NCBI GenBank assembly: GCA_002269645.1
Contig: NIVC01000061.1
Location: forward strand, 248,001 to 312,000
Direction: 5' to 3'
DNA: 64,000 nucleotides
Source: Macrostomum lignano
Lineage: Eukaryota
Shown: piece by piece, positions 41,723 through 54,262 of the stretch
Layout: each line of letters begins with the position of its first letter
How positions within the stretch are numbered: the first letter of the stretch is position 1
Notes under the pieces: model-generated
Seen by the model: the letters and a program-made list of their open reading frames with translations, nothing else
Databases searched by the model: none
What the model was told of the DNA's origin: nothing
Translations under genes and position numbers: made by a program

Positions 41723-42120
41723 CAGGGGCGTCGCCATGGATTTTATGATGGGGACAAAGCCAAGACTTCTACATGTAAATGTACATGACTAAAGTCCTAA
41801 ATGTACATTATTTTCAGAATTGGTGTTGTCAGCGCTCATTTTAGCGCTACAGACACTTATTTTTAACGCCGCAGGCACTCATTTTAGCGCCGCAGGCACG
41901 ATCATTCTGGCGCCGCAGGCACTCATTTTGGGACCGCAGGTAATCATTTTGGCGCTGCAGGCGCTATTTTTTGTCGCCCTGCAGCAAAATTATTGATTTC
42001 CATAACGCGTCACAAGGTGGGGTGGGGCACAAGGAGGGTATGTCCCCCCATATCTTTTACCTTTTACTGGGGGAGGGGGACACGCCCCCCTCTGTCCCCT
42101 CCCCGGTGACGACGCCTCTG
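41723..42120. mobile_element. hAT-like MITE, 398 bp
   Basis: TIRs caggggcgtcgcca ... tgacgacgcctctg; 8-bp TSD atcacaac/atcacagc (7 of 8 match). Confidence 0.8.
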
Positions 42121-42878
42121 ATCACAGCGTATTAAAATTTCAATACTCGACGGCCCAGAATCATTTGATGTCAGAACGTCAAAATCACCTGTACGCTCGT
42201 GCATGCAGTACATAAGGAGAATCTCTGTGCACTACATGTACATGTAATGTGCAAATTAATAAGAATGTACTATTCTAAGTAGCGATCGAGCTGCATGTAG
42301 AACCATAAATTCTTCTTCTTCTTCTTCAAAGAAGCTAATACTATGAGGAGTTTCTGCAGCAGTTGATTGACGCAGAATTGTACAATCCAAGCATTCCAAA
42401 TGATTCGTGAACTGACGCAGAAGAGCTGACCATGTACTTGTGGTAAATATTGATGAACTTCTCCAGCCAACTCTGTGTTCCGAAACGTTATTTACTGAAT
42501 CCATTCATTTATTTTGCGTTTCATTCCTTTTGCTGTAGCAGTAAAATATACGGAGACAAAAAGTTTTTACCAATTTTACCCATATGCTTAAATAGGTCGT
42601 CAGCAGATTAACTTTGATTAGAGCCAGTGACGGCGGACGAATGTAGAGCGCTTCAACCCAGGCAGCCTACGCACTCTGGAAAACTAAGTGCATTCATGCT
42701 CCACTGTATAGGTCGCGAGGTGCAGTTCAGCCAAGGAATGAAACGCTTAAAAAAGAGCCAGAAAGAAAAGCTTGTATAGAGAAGAATCCTACCCCAGTCC
42801 ATGCGGCTCAATGAACATTTCCCAGCCTCATTCAGGTCAGCTCTGCTCAACTTGCAGTGTACGCTCGCTCAGCCCATT

Positions 42879-42892
42879 GTTACTATGACTAC
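42879..42892 (+). promoter_or_regulatory. Candidate RFX X-box upstream of CFAP68
   Basis: gttactatgactac differs at one position from GTHNYYATRRNAAC and lies about 100 bp upstream of the ATG of a ciliary gene. Confidence 0.4.
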
Positions 42893-42988
42893 TGTGGCTT
42901 CAAGCCAAGCTTTTTTAAACGGTACCTCAGCATTCATCTTAGCTGCAATCACTCGTATAGTTTAAAACGAAGAAAACGAGTTGCAATC

Positions 42989-43278
42989 ATGTCCGAAGTG
43001 TACATGCAAAGCGGCTGGAAGCCGGTGAAGACCAACCTCCATCCGCTCGAGCCACCGCATCCCGGCCGGGAGACGCAATTCTACCAAACCGGCTGCCTTT
43101 TCGGCAACTGGTTCGAGGAGAGGCGCGACATTCGCTGCCTCGGCCAGCGGAAGCCGATGCCTTCGGCGACGGAGCACAACTATGCGACCACGTATGCCAA
43201 AGCCTACACCAGGAAGCCGGAGCAGGTGCCGGGCGTGCTCAAAACACTTACGCGTGAGTTATTGCTGGTATATTTGCT

Positions 43279-43372
<94 letters not shown>

Positions 43373-43395
43373 TAGTGTCTGTCTATCTGTCTTTG

Positions 43396-43432
<37 letters not shown>

Positions 43433-43489
43433 GCCTGCCTGCCTGCCTGTCTGTCTGTCTGCCTGTCTGTCTGTCTGTCTGTCTGTCTA

Positions 43490-43551
<62 letters not shown>

Positions 43552-43627
43552 TGTCTGTCTGTCTGTCTGTCTGTCTGCCTGCCTGCCTGCCTGCCTGCCT
43601 GTCTGTCTGTCTGCCTGCCTGCCTGCC

Positions 43628-43668
<41 letters not shown>

Positions 43669-44056
43669 GCCTGCCTGCCTGCCAGTCTGTCTGTCTGTCT
43701 TTCTGTCTGTCTGTCTGCCTGTCTTAGTGTCCGTCTCTCTGTCTATCCGTCTGTCTGTCTGCCTGTCTGTCTTAGTGTCTGTCTATCTGTCTTTGTGTCT
43801 TAATGTCTTAGTGTCTTTGTGTCCGTGTGTCTATGTGTCTAACTTTCTTTTGTCAGTCTGTTGGTCCTAGCGCCTGATGATGGGCTAGAATATGAAAATA
43901 GTGACTCAGCAATTCGAATTCGCAGATCGCGACACCTTCTGCCACCCGGGCCACCAGCCCGAGCTGGACTTCAACAGAGACTATCTGAAGATGGCCACCG
44001 AACATCAGGACAAGTACGTTGATCACAGCAAGAAATCGCAGTCTCCGGAGAAATAG
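42989..44056 (+). CDS. CFAP68: CFAP68/C11orf1 (UPF0686)-like ciliary microtubule inner protein, 131 aa; exons 42989-43253 and 43926-44056
   Basis: GWK...LFGNWFEERRDIRCLGQRKPMPSATEHNYATTYAKAY and HPGHQPELD match my recollection of human C11orf1 (GNWNQERYDL..PKPLPSQFGHYFETTY..FPGHQPELD). GT-AG intron in phase 1. Confidence 0.85.
43279..43800. repeat. (CTGT/CTGC)n microsatellite in the CFAP68 intron
   Basis: Direct inspection. Confidence 0.95.
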
Positions 44057-44389
44057 AAAATCCTGGCTCAGCCTATACTACTCATTATTGCTATCGATCA
44101 GTAACAAGTGTCGAACTTATAATAGTACATGAACCAAAACAATTGCGAATTATTTGTTTAAAATTTTCTCCGTTAATTATGCCAGCTAATCGCACTAATT
44201 TCTCTAATTCTAAAATGTAAGATTTTTCGCCACCTACTATTGCTGTTTATTCATAAAGCAGTCACCGTCATTAGTGAGTTTTTCTTTGCGTCATTTTTAA
44301 ATCAATTTCGATAGTGAATACTGAAATTTTCTAACAGGATCGCAGTCGTTTCCTAACAGGAATACGGGCCGTTAATGTAAGACATCTAG

Positions 44390-45680
44390 GCTGTCACTGT
44401 CTAACAGCAATGCTGTCACTGTCTAACAGCAATGCTGTCACTGTCTAACAGCCAAGGACTACTTAACAACTCAGGACGTTACACTCGCGATTGGTAGAAA
44501 TTCTAGAAAAGGCCGCTTGCTTTAGCTGTTTCTATGGCTTTTCAATAAGCCTTTTCGATAAAGAAGCAAGTGCTAACCTATCTAGTGGTAGGTGCTCATA
44601 AACTGTTCGCTATATATATATTTTTTTACTAATATACAATTAATAAATACAAATATAGTCGGTACAAGAAGTACATTACAATTAAAGAGTAGGATATGCA
44701 ACTGATGGAACTCTGTATACAACTGTATAAGGCAAAATAGATCCAGATGAACACAGAGTTGTTTAAAAGAGAGACATTCAGCTAGGTTTCAGTTTGCGAA
44801 GTCGGCGAGAGCAAGCAGTGGTTGATTGCCTGAAGTCTCGGATTCTCTGCCTGAAGTCTCGGATTCCTTTATAGACGGAGTTGGCCAGCCTTCGAGACAC
44901 TCGCACACACAATTTTTTTCGAATATTTTCTCAAACAAGCACGGAACTGTCAACACAACGCTGCCCAGAATCGCCTAGAAGAAATTGCTGACGTGGATCA
45001 GATGATTTTACCGGTAGACAGATCGACTGAAGCGCAGCTATGTGAGAATGAGCTGCAGGGCTTGCAGAGATTTCATAGCTGCGCGTCCTGTTGAAAATTG
45101 CTTCCAGTTGACTGCGCTGCAGCCTGTGCTGAAAACCCAACTGCCATGTAAATGCTAGCCTTCTACAGATAAAATTGAATAATCACCGCAATACAGTCAC
45201 TCGCGTATCTTTATAGTAGGGACGAAAAATTAGGGTCAAAAGTTACATGAATTACCTTAACTTGCACAGGCAACGAATTGAGCCATGCCTCAGCTTCAGC
45301 TTCTTCCTTTGGAAAGCCGAAAATTACAGTGCATTTTTCGCCGCTTTTATATAATTGCTTCTGGGACGTCCGGGGACGCAGCATCCTGGGACGCAGCATT
45401 CATTGGCATTTTGAACAAACAGAACGTGTGATAAGAATTTAGACGAAAAACAAAAATTTTTGCTTCACTTTGTTTAAACCTTGCACTGAGAGTATGAGAG
45501 TTTGTTGGTGAAAAGGCTTCGATCATTGCCATAGACACAGCGGAGCAAGCGGCCTTTTCTAGAATTTCTACCATTCGCAAGTGTAACGTCCTGAGTTGTT
45601 TAGTAGTCCTTGCTAACAGCATTGCTGTTACTGTCTAACAGCAATGCTGTCACTGTCTAACAGCATTGCTGTCACTGTCT
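44390..45680. repeat. 22-bp minisatellite (ctgtcactgtctaacagcaatg) split by a P-like element; arms 44390-44452 and 45613-45680
   Basis: The same unit flanks both sides of the insertion. Confidence 0.85.
44453..45612 (-). mobile_element. Non-autonomous P-superfamily-like DNA transposon (1,160 bp) with a decayed THAP domain
   Basis: About 85-bp imperfect TIRs beginning caaggactact; perfect 8-bp TSD ctaacagc. Minus strand 45409-45250 reads, across frameshifts, MPM-CCVPGC..RSNY-KSGEKCTVIFGFPKEEAEAEAWLNSLP, a THAP zinc-finger N-terminus. Confidence 0.88.
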
Positions 45681-46069
45681 GACCTGTGTCCCGTAGTATT
45701 CCTCATTCTTAGGCTCTTTGTCTGGCAATTTCAGACTGGGGCTCCTGTAAATTGGGTCATTCTGATCGCGACTGAGCATTTGGACATCAAAAGAATTAAC
45801 TTCGTCTCAAAGAATTTATGCGATGAATCGGAAAACTGTTTTTTTATTACCTAATTAACTAGGACTATTTTGCTTGCTCAGGTCCAGGTGAACTACCGAT
45901 TTTCAACGAGTAATGAGGATTCCTTGCTAATTAGTGCGACGTGGGTAAATAAAAAATTAGCCAATTAACTTGTAGCGGAATCCGATAAAAGAGGCTGTTT
46001 TTGCAATTCCACATCTATTCATTAGCAGATGTACTTTTGGTAAGGGCAGATCAAAAAGGTGGTGAATAC

Positions 46070-46450
46070 ACTCGGACAGAGTAGCTGACACTTTCGGACA
46101 GGGTAGCTGACACCCTCGGACAGGGTAGCTGACATTCTCGGACAGGGTAGCTGACATTCTCGGACAGGGTAGCTGCATTCTCGGACAGGGTAGCTGACAT
46201 TCTCGGACAGGGCAGCTGACATTCTCGGACAGGGTAGCTGACATTCTCGGACAGGGTAGCTGATATTCTCGGACAGGGTAGCTGACACTCTCGGACAGGG
46301 TAGCGAACACTCTCGGACAGGATAGCTGACATTCTCGGACAGGGTAGCTGACATTCTCGGACATGGTAGCTGACATTCTCGGACAGGGTAGCTGATATTC
46401 TCGGACAGGGTAGCTGACATTCTCGGACAGGGTGGCGGACACTCTCGACC
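46070..46450. repeat. 22-bp minisatellite (ctcggacagggtagctgacatt), about 16 copies
   Basis: Direct inspection. Confidence 0.93.
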
Positions 46451-47096
46451 AGAGTAGCGGACATCACAGCTGAAACAACCCCCAAAGTCGCCAGATTTGA
46501 GCTCCTGAGCAACTCACCAGCCTGCCATGCTGACTTGGCAAGGCAAGTTGAAAATGTTTTCCAAGTCTGGCTTTGGCCCAGTGTTGGCCAAGCTGACCGA
46601 TGGCCACAGGCCGAATCCATATTTGATCTGTCCGTACACAGTTATACGGTTCGTTACTTAGTATAATATTTGACTTTGAATCGGCGCGTTTGACTGCGCA
46701 AATATCACTGTGAAAGTTTATTCATATCCAATAATTTACCACACCTGTGTGTTTTGCTAGCAACCCAAAGCCCCCTATGCAGTCATTCCTCACACCCGTC
46801 AGTGAACCACTCTGATTTTACTTTTATTAAATACTCGTATCTTAAATTGACCGCATTTTTTATCTTTAGGCAATTAAATAATTAAATCTGATTAATTTTC
46901 TAGTAAAGTTCCTAGAAATCTTGGACGCTTTGCGTCATGGACAACAGAATCTGACATGCTTGCAGAATGCCGTACTTGACCACTCGGACCATTCACGTGA
47001 AAGTACGGCGTTCTGCGCTTCTTGTGATGCTGGTGCTTGTCTAGAGCTAGGACCAAAAATTTAGCTTTAGGCAATCCAGTTATATTATTCATCCAT

Positions 47097-47500
47097 GGCT
47101 CAGACCCTACTCAGACAATGCACCGACCCTGCCAAGACCCTGCTCGACCCTGCTCAGACTCTGCTCAGACCCTGCTCAGACCCTGCTCAGACCCTGCTCA
47201 GACCCTGCTCAGACCCTGCTCAGACCCTGCTCAGACCCTGCTCAGACCCTGCTCAGACCCTGCTCAGACCCTGCTCAGACCCTGCTCAGACCCTGCTCAG
47301 ACCCTGCTCAGACCCTGCTCAGACCCTGCTCAGACCCTGCTCAGACCCTGCTCAGACCCTGCTCAGACCCTGCTCTGACCCTGCCCAGACTCTGCACAGG
47401 GCCCTACCAAGATCCTGTCTTGACCCTGCACAGACCCTGCCCAGACTCTGCACAGGGCCTTACCAAGATCCTGTCTTGACCCTGCACAGACCCTGCGCAG
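47097..47500. repeat. 11-bp minisatellite (gaccctgctca)n followed by a short tandem duplication
   Basis: Period 11 from about 47150 to 47390. Confidence 0.92.
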
Positions 47501-48411
47501 GACCCTGCTAAGTCAGAGTTTAGTCTTACTAGATGGTGTTTGTGAGCGTAACAGAAAGGCAGAGAAATAAAAGATATGCTTGCATAACCAGTAATTTTCT
47601 GTGACTGAACGAACAAATCTCCATACGCGCAAAATTTCCAATCCGGATGTGGAGATGCCGGGCATTTTTTATGACGCAGATCAGTTTTTTTCACGCTGAG
47701 CTTCTCGTCATCGCATGAAGCCACCCCGAAGCTTCCCAGTTTGGGATATTTTTGGAAAGAAATATTCGCTGTGCTTGAATAATATTTGTCAACTGGATGG
47801 GTGAAGCTTTTATGCAAATCTTTCTGCACTGCGGCTGTCTGTGGAACAGCAGAGGCAGAAGGACGCTGGCACCCGCAACTCGTGCAACTTTTGCTGGAGG
47901 CCGTCTGAACTTCAGAATTGCAAAATGAATCAGCAAAGCACACAGGTTTTTAAGCACAGGTATTTGTTCGAAAATGCTAATGAAGACCAGCAAGCAGGCA
48001 AAGTTAAAGAGAAAGTTCAATTGCTCCTATCTGTTTAGGGTATTTTAGGCGGATTTTTCTCGATCTACTTCGTCTATGGCAAAACTTCATTCTGAGCAAC
48101 GCTAAAATCTTTTTTTTGCGAAATCTACTTCTTAAAAAAAGTAGAATTATACTTATTTCCCGGTCAGTTTGGTTCTAGAATCACTCATTCTTGCTTATTA
48201 ACGGCTTTTAAAATAAATACGCAAAATAAGTGCCCCCAGGATTAAATTGAGTGGAACGAAACAGCATATTTGGCCATAGACATATCTCTAGTGATGGCGG
48301 AATTAATTGGAATTCTCTATTGCGGATTAAATTGAGTGATTCTAGGACCAAATTGACCGGGAAATGCTATATTTACTTAAAACTATTTTTGTGAATGACG
48401 TGTAACCTCAG

Positions 48412-49165
<754 letters not shown>

Positions 49166-49747
49166 CCATCAAACGGCAGCAGCATTAGCAAATCAATCAG
49201 CAGAACTAATCATGGCCAATCGCACTGTGCCTTCTGTGCCCAGCCATCGCATTCGCGAGCGCATGCGACAATAGAAATCTTTTCATATACACCATACACA
49301 GTCAATGCCCGGCAGGAACAATGGGCCCTGCAGCTTAGATTTGGAGTGGGGTGGGGGGGCGGTAAAGCTGACTCCGATCGCGGCGGGTGACTGACAATGC
49401 GACTGACAATGTTGACCCACCCCCTTCCGCTCTCTCTCTCTGGCAGCTCGCGCCCGCAGTGCTGTGCTGGCGGCCACCGCGTGCATGGCCAGCTGACTCA
49501 TGCAGGCCCAGCAATCATAGTGAAATATCAACTGGGGTTGCGGCTTGAATAACCGCTGTGTGCCCTTGCTGCCAACGGGCCTGAATTCACAGTGTGGGAC
49601 AGACAGTGGCTACTGTGACATGTAGCCGCCGTAGTGCAAACTCTTTAACTTTAAATTCTTATTTAAAATATATGCTCGTAGCAGCAATGCTTTCTGGTGA
49701 GCAAATTATCAGGTAAGAATAACAGTGATTTATAGTTACCAGTTAAA

Positions 49748-50173
49748 ACAGTGACCTATAGATGCCAATCATAACAGTGACCTATAGATGCCAGTCATAA
49801 CAGTGACCTATGGATGCCAGTCATAACAGTGACCTATAGATGCCAGTCATAACAGTGACCTATAGATGCCAGTCATAACAGTGACCTATAGATGCCAGCC
49901 ATAACAGTGACCTATAGATGCCAGTCATAACAGTGACCTATAGATGCCAATCGTAACAAGTGACTATAGATGCCAGTCATAACAGTGACCTATAGATGCC
50001 AGCCATAACAGTGACCTATAGATGCCAGTCATAACAGTGACCTATAGATGCCAGCCATAACAGTGACCTATAGATGCCAGTCATAACAGTGACCTATAGA
50101 TGCCAGTCATAACAGTGACCTATAGATGCCAGTCATAACAGTGACCTATAGATGCCAGTCATAACAGTGACCT
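49748..50173. repeat. 26-bp minisatellite (cataacagtgacctatagatgccagt), about 16 copies
   Basis: Direct inspection. Confidence 0.93.
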
Positions 50174-50179
50174 ACATGT

Positions 50180-50620
50180 ATATATGCCCAGGAGAGTCCA
50201 GGAGGTGGATGGTCGCTCGCCCGGTAGCCCTCAGGTAGCGGACGAGCTGGCAAAGATTTTGAAAAAAAATCGAAGAGGTCCGGGTGTGGGCCGAGGTCAG
50301 CCTGTCCTGAGTAAAGGCGGATGAAGTGCTCCGCATTCTCGACACTCTGACAGGAATGCAGAAAGGGCATTCCTCCCAGCGGATTTTTACCTGCCTGGAG
50401 GTAGCGAGAGGGCCATGGTCACCGCCCAGATGTCCCTGCGGTTGAGTCCAAGCAGGGCCCTGCGGAGGGCGGGGGAGAACAGGGGACAGCCGCGCGGGAT
50501 TGCCGGCAGTCGGGGGCGTCAGCCCACCTCTCCCTGTGCTTTGAAGCCACCCACTGGTTGATCCAAGTCGTGAAACAGTCCGTCTGCCAAAGGCGGTTTT
50601 AACACACATTTCAGGGATCG
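50180..50620 (-). mobile_element. 5'-truncated, degenerate non-LTR retrotransposon (I/R1-group-like ORF2 C-terminus)
   Basis: Frameshifted minus-strand translation: [54 protein letters not shown]...EECPFC...ENAEHFI...LCQLVRYLRATGR. This resembles the post-RNase H region and C-terminal CCHC knuckle of these LINEs. Confidence 0.6.
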
Positions 50621-50993
50621 AACTAAATGAGATCAAAGACTTCAATGGCAAGTGAGAAGCTACTCAGACTCAGGGCTTTGATTTAGCAATATGATTTTCT
50701 CCATCACTTCATTCTCACACTCTGCGACAAACCCCTAGGTAGATGGAGCAGCTTTCTTTCAGACTCAAAATCTTGTTTCTAAAAATAGCCTTTTTCAGAC
50801 CGTTTCAATCGCGAAATTGGTGATTTTTGCCGCCTTCAGAAAGAGAAAAGTAGCTCGTAATTACTGCGCGAAGTCTGCGAGCCCCTGCGGCTATCATCAG
50901 TTGATTAACAAGCGGCAAAGCAAATGAGGCCCGGGGGGGGGGGCCCAGCCAATGGGATATCCGCATCCGCAAGGGTAGAAAAGGCGCTCGGCA

Positions 50994-52403
50994 ATGAGGA
51001 TTTCTATCCTCAGAGCGCTCGTCTCTGATCCTTCGTATCCTGGATCCTGTTCCCAATCCACCGCCAGGGCCGAACTCGACAGCATGTCGCTGCTGAACAG
51101 CTCCGTGGAAACCGTCGGCAACAAGACGGACATGCAGCTTGAAGAGGAGTTCGGCATGCGGATGCTCAGCGGTCTGACCAGGTACTTCCTCATCTGGTAC
51201 CTGCCGCTGATCCTCACCATCGGCACATTCGGCGCCGTGTTCTGCATGCTGTTCATCTTCATGTCGCGGATGTTCCCGAAGATCATCCAAGTCTGGCTGG
51301 TGAGCATCTGCTTCGGCGACTTCATGATCCTCGTCTGGGACGTGCTGCGCCTGTTCCTGAAGCTGGCCTTCGGCTACGACTACATCGACCAGGGCATCGT
51401 CATCTGCAAGCTGCAGTCCTACTTCAGCAGCTTCTTCTTCCACTGGAGCGCCTACAACCAGGCTGCCATGTCCATCCAGCGTCTGGTCTTCATCGCCTCC
51501 CCGCTGCGCTCCAGAACCATCCTCAACACCAAGCAGGTGATGACCACGTGGGCCACCATGACCTTCCTGCTGCTGTTCCCCAACATCACCTACCTCATCT
51601 ACTGGCACATCGGCAGGAAGTCCGACTGCGAGCCAGTTGACAAGTGGTTCTACTACGTGACCACGCTGGTGCACCTGATCGCCTGGGGCATCATCCCGCT
51701 GGCCTCCATGGTGGTGTCCACCGGCTGCATCTCCTACCGGCTGATTCGCTACCGCCGGGGCAACTTCAAAGCCGCCAGGACCAAAGACGGCCGCGGCAGC
51801 GACGGAGGCGGTGGCGTCCCGCAGCCAGCGGTGATCGGCGGCCGGCGGCACGGCTCCGACCAGAACGCGCACGTGACCCGCCTGCTGGTGTCCATGAACC
51901 TGTTCTACCTGTTCACCACCTTCCCGCTGCTCATCTACATGATGTACTTGAACTTCGTGAAGGACAACCAGGTCGGCAAGAGCATCGCCAAGAGTCTGCA
52001 CAAGTTCTATTATTACCTGTTCCGCTCCATCTGCTTCCTGAACGCCTCGCTCAACTGGGTGTTTTACTGCGCCGCAGGCAAGGTCTTCCGACAGAAGGCG
52101 ATGCAGATTCTGTACAGAATCTTCTGCCGGGAGAAGAGCCAGTACAGGGGAGGCGGCCGGTTCACCACAACATACACGCAGGCCGCCCAGCGTCACGGCC
52201 AGCGCTCCACCAGCGCCACGCCGGTCGCCTTCCAGCAAACGCGCCGCGCAGACACTCTGGCTGGCAGCTCCGAGCTCGTTGAAGACGCGGAGCTTGCGCC
52301 GCCCGGTGTCAGCATGATCAAAGGCCGAAAGCGGCTGCACGTGGCGGCGCTGGCGGCGGCCAAGCGTTCGGAAGCTGACGGCGTGGACGAAGCTGAGTTG
52401 TGA
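50994..52403 (+). CDS. Intronless orphan class A (rhodopsin-like, peptide-receptor-type) GPCR; the start may be ATG 51084
   Basis: Seven hydrophobic segments; TM2 ICFGDF; ICK Cys at the start of TM3; TM3 SIQRL (DRY position); ECL2 Cys (SDCE); TM5 IIP; TM6 TTFP; TM7 NASLNWVFYC; helix 8 GKVFRQ; N-terminal NSS and NKT sequons; GC3-rich codons. Confidence 0.9.
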   Translation: MRISILRALVSDPSYPGSCSQSTARAELDSMSLLNSSVETVGNKTDMQLEEEFGMRMLSGLTRYFLIWYLPLILTIGTFGAVFCMLFIFMSRMFPKIIQVWLVSICFGDFMILVWDVLRLFLKLAFGYDYIDQGIVICKLQSYFSSFFFHWSAYNQAAMSIQRLVFIASPLRSRTILNTKQVMTTWATMTFLLLFPNITYLIYWHIGRKSDCEPVDKWFYYVTTLVHLIAWGIIPLASMVVSTGCISYRLIRYRRGNFKAARTKDGRGSDGGGGVPQPAVIGGRRHGSDQNAHVTRLLVSMNLFYLFTTFPLLIYMMYLNFVKDNQVGKSIAKSLHKFYYYLFRSICFLNASLNWVFYCAAGKVFRQKAMQILYRIFCREKSQYRGGGRFTTTYTQAAQRHGQRSTSATPVAFQQTRRADTLAGSSELVEDAELAPPGVSMIKGRKRLHVAALAAAKRSEADGVDEAEL

Positions 52404-52484
52404 AATTAGAGATTTTTACTCCGACTCACTGCTTGCTTTTTAACTGAGTTTGCCTCTCCCTGCCTCTGTCCCTGCCTCTCTCTA

Positions 52485-53520
52485 CTTGTCTCCTTCTCTC
52501 CTTGTCTCCCTCTCTCCTTGTCTCCCTCTCTCCTTGTCTCCCTCTCTCCTTGTCTCCCTCTCTCCTTGTCTCCCTCTCTCCTTGTCTCCCTCTCTCCTTG
52601 TCTCCCTCTCTCCTTGTCTCCCTCTCTCCTTGTCTCCCTCTCTCCTTGTCTCCCTCTCTCCTTGTCTCCCTCTCTCCTTGTCTCCCTCTCTCCTTGTCTC
52701 CCTCTCTCCTTGTCTCCCTCTCTCCTTGTCTCCCTGTCTCCTTGTCTCCCTCTCTCCTTGTCTCCCTCTCTCCTTGTCTCCCTCTCTCCTTGTCTCCCTC
52801 TCTCCTTGTCTCCCTCTCTCCTTGTCTCCCTCTCTCCTTGTCTCCCTCTCTCCTTGTCTCCCTCTCTCCTTGTCTCCCTCTCTCCTTGTCTCCCTCTCTC
52901 CTTGTCTCCCTCTCTCCTTGTCTCCCTCTCTCCTTGTCTCCCTCTCTCCTTGTCTCCTTCTCTCCTTGTCTCCCTCCCTCCTTGTCTCCTTCTCTCCTTG
53001 TCTCCTTCTCTCTTTGTCTCCCTCCCTCCTTGTCTCCTTCTCTCCTTGTCTCCTTCTCTCTTTGTCTCCCTCTCTCCTTGTCTCCTTCTCTCCTTGTCTC
53101 CTTCTCTCTTTGTCTCCCTCCCTCCTTGTCTCCTTCTCTCCTTGTCTCCTTCTCTCTTTGTCTCCCTCCCTCCTTGTCTCCTTCTCTCCTTGTCTCCTTC
53201 TCTCTTTGTCTCCCTCCCTCCTTGTCTCCCTCCCTCCTTGTCTCCTTCTCTCCTTGTCTCCCTCTCTCCTTGTCTCCCTCCCTCCTTGTCTCCTTCTCTC
53301 CTTGTCTCCTTCTCTCTTTGTCTCCCTCTCTCCTTGTCTCCTTCTCTCCTTGTCTCCCTCTCTCCTTGTCTCCCTCTCTCCTTGTCTCCCTCTCTCCTTG
53401 TCTCCCTCTCTCCTTGTCTCCCTCTCTCCTTGTCTCCTTCTCTCCTTGTCTCCTTCTCTCCTTGTCTCCCTCTCTCCTTGTCTCTCTCTCTCTCTCCTTG
53501 TCTCCCTCTCTCCTTGTCTC
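52485..53520. repeat. 16-bp pyrimidine minisatellite (ccttgtctccctctct)n
   Basis: Direct inspection; source of the SPSLLVSLSPCL pseudo-ORFs. Confidence 0.96.
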
Positions 53521-53901
53521 CCTCTACCTCTGTACCTCTCTACTACTCTACATCTCCACCCTCTACCTCCCTATCTCTCTCCCTCTCTCTGTCTCCCTCT
53601 CTCCCACTTTCCTTCTCTATCTCTCTTCCTATGTCTCTTACAATTACCCCCAAGTACACAGTATAATATTTCATCTAGATATTTCTTCGCGTCTCAAGAA
53701 GATTCTCTCTGATTTTAACAGCTTGTTTGTTTATAAAAAACTGTCTGGTCCACGGCACAATGTTGAAGTTTGAGTCCCGGTTTCGCTTAGAAGAAAAAAT
53801 TGTTTTATAATCTCTTACACTGACCGGATGCAAAATCAGTTTTATCTATATATTTAGATATATGGCAAGATTTTGTTGCAAAAATTACTAAACCAGGATA
53901 C

Positions 53902-54002
53902 CAGGGGCGTCGCCATGGATTTTAAGTTGTGGGGACAAAGCTAAAAGTTCTGCATGACTAATTTTCAGTGTTGTTCGCAGGCACTCATTCGCGACGCCCC
54001 TG
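53902..54002. mobile_element. Minimal 101-bp hAT-like MITE (deletion derivative of the 41723 family)
   Basis: Perfect 12-bp TIRs caggggcgtcgc/gcgacgcccctg; 8-bp TSD caggatac/caggatat; 5' sequence caggggcgtcgccatggatttta...ggggacaaagc shared with 41723. Confidence 0.85.
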
Positions 54003-54262
54003 CAGGATATTGCTAAACTATTTCAACTAATTATCGTCATTAAGTTATTATTTGGACGCAAATATTACTGTAAAACATTGACTGTTGTCACAATATACAT
54101 TGTCGCCGTACTACATTACTTTTATAATATAGTATTCTGTATATTTTAATATGATGAAGCTCTAATGTGTTGTGCGCTTCTTGATACCTTTTTTAGTAAA
54201 TAAAAACTTTTTTGTCAAAGTTGCAATTCGTTTGGAAAAAATGTGAGTAACAAAATATCCCC

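Noticed and set aside
42320-42510. Stop-interrupted peptide YYEEFLQQLIDAELYNPSIPND..DAEELTMYL, vaguely transposase-like
   Set aside because: Too short and degenerate to assign without a profile search.
47500-48040. Several 65-179-aa ORFs on both strands
   Set aside because: No motif recognised; possibly decayed TE coding sequence but unsupported.
50805-52340. 511-aa minus-strand ORF
   Set aside because: Antisense shadow of the GC3-rich GPCR ORF; no recognisable domain. The same applies to the ORFs overlapping cathepsin L, gag and the calcineurin exons.
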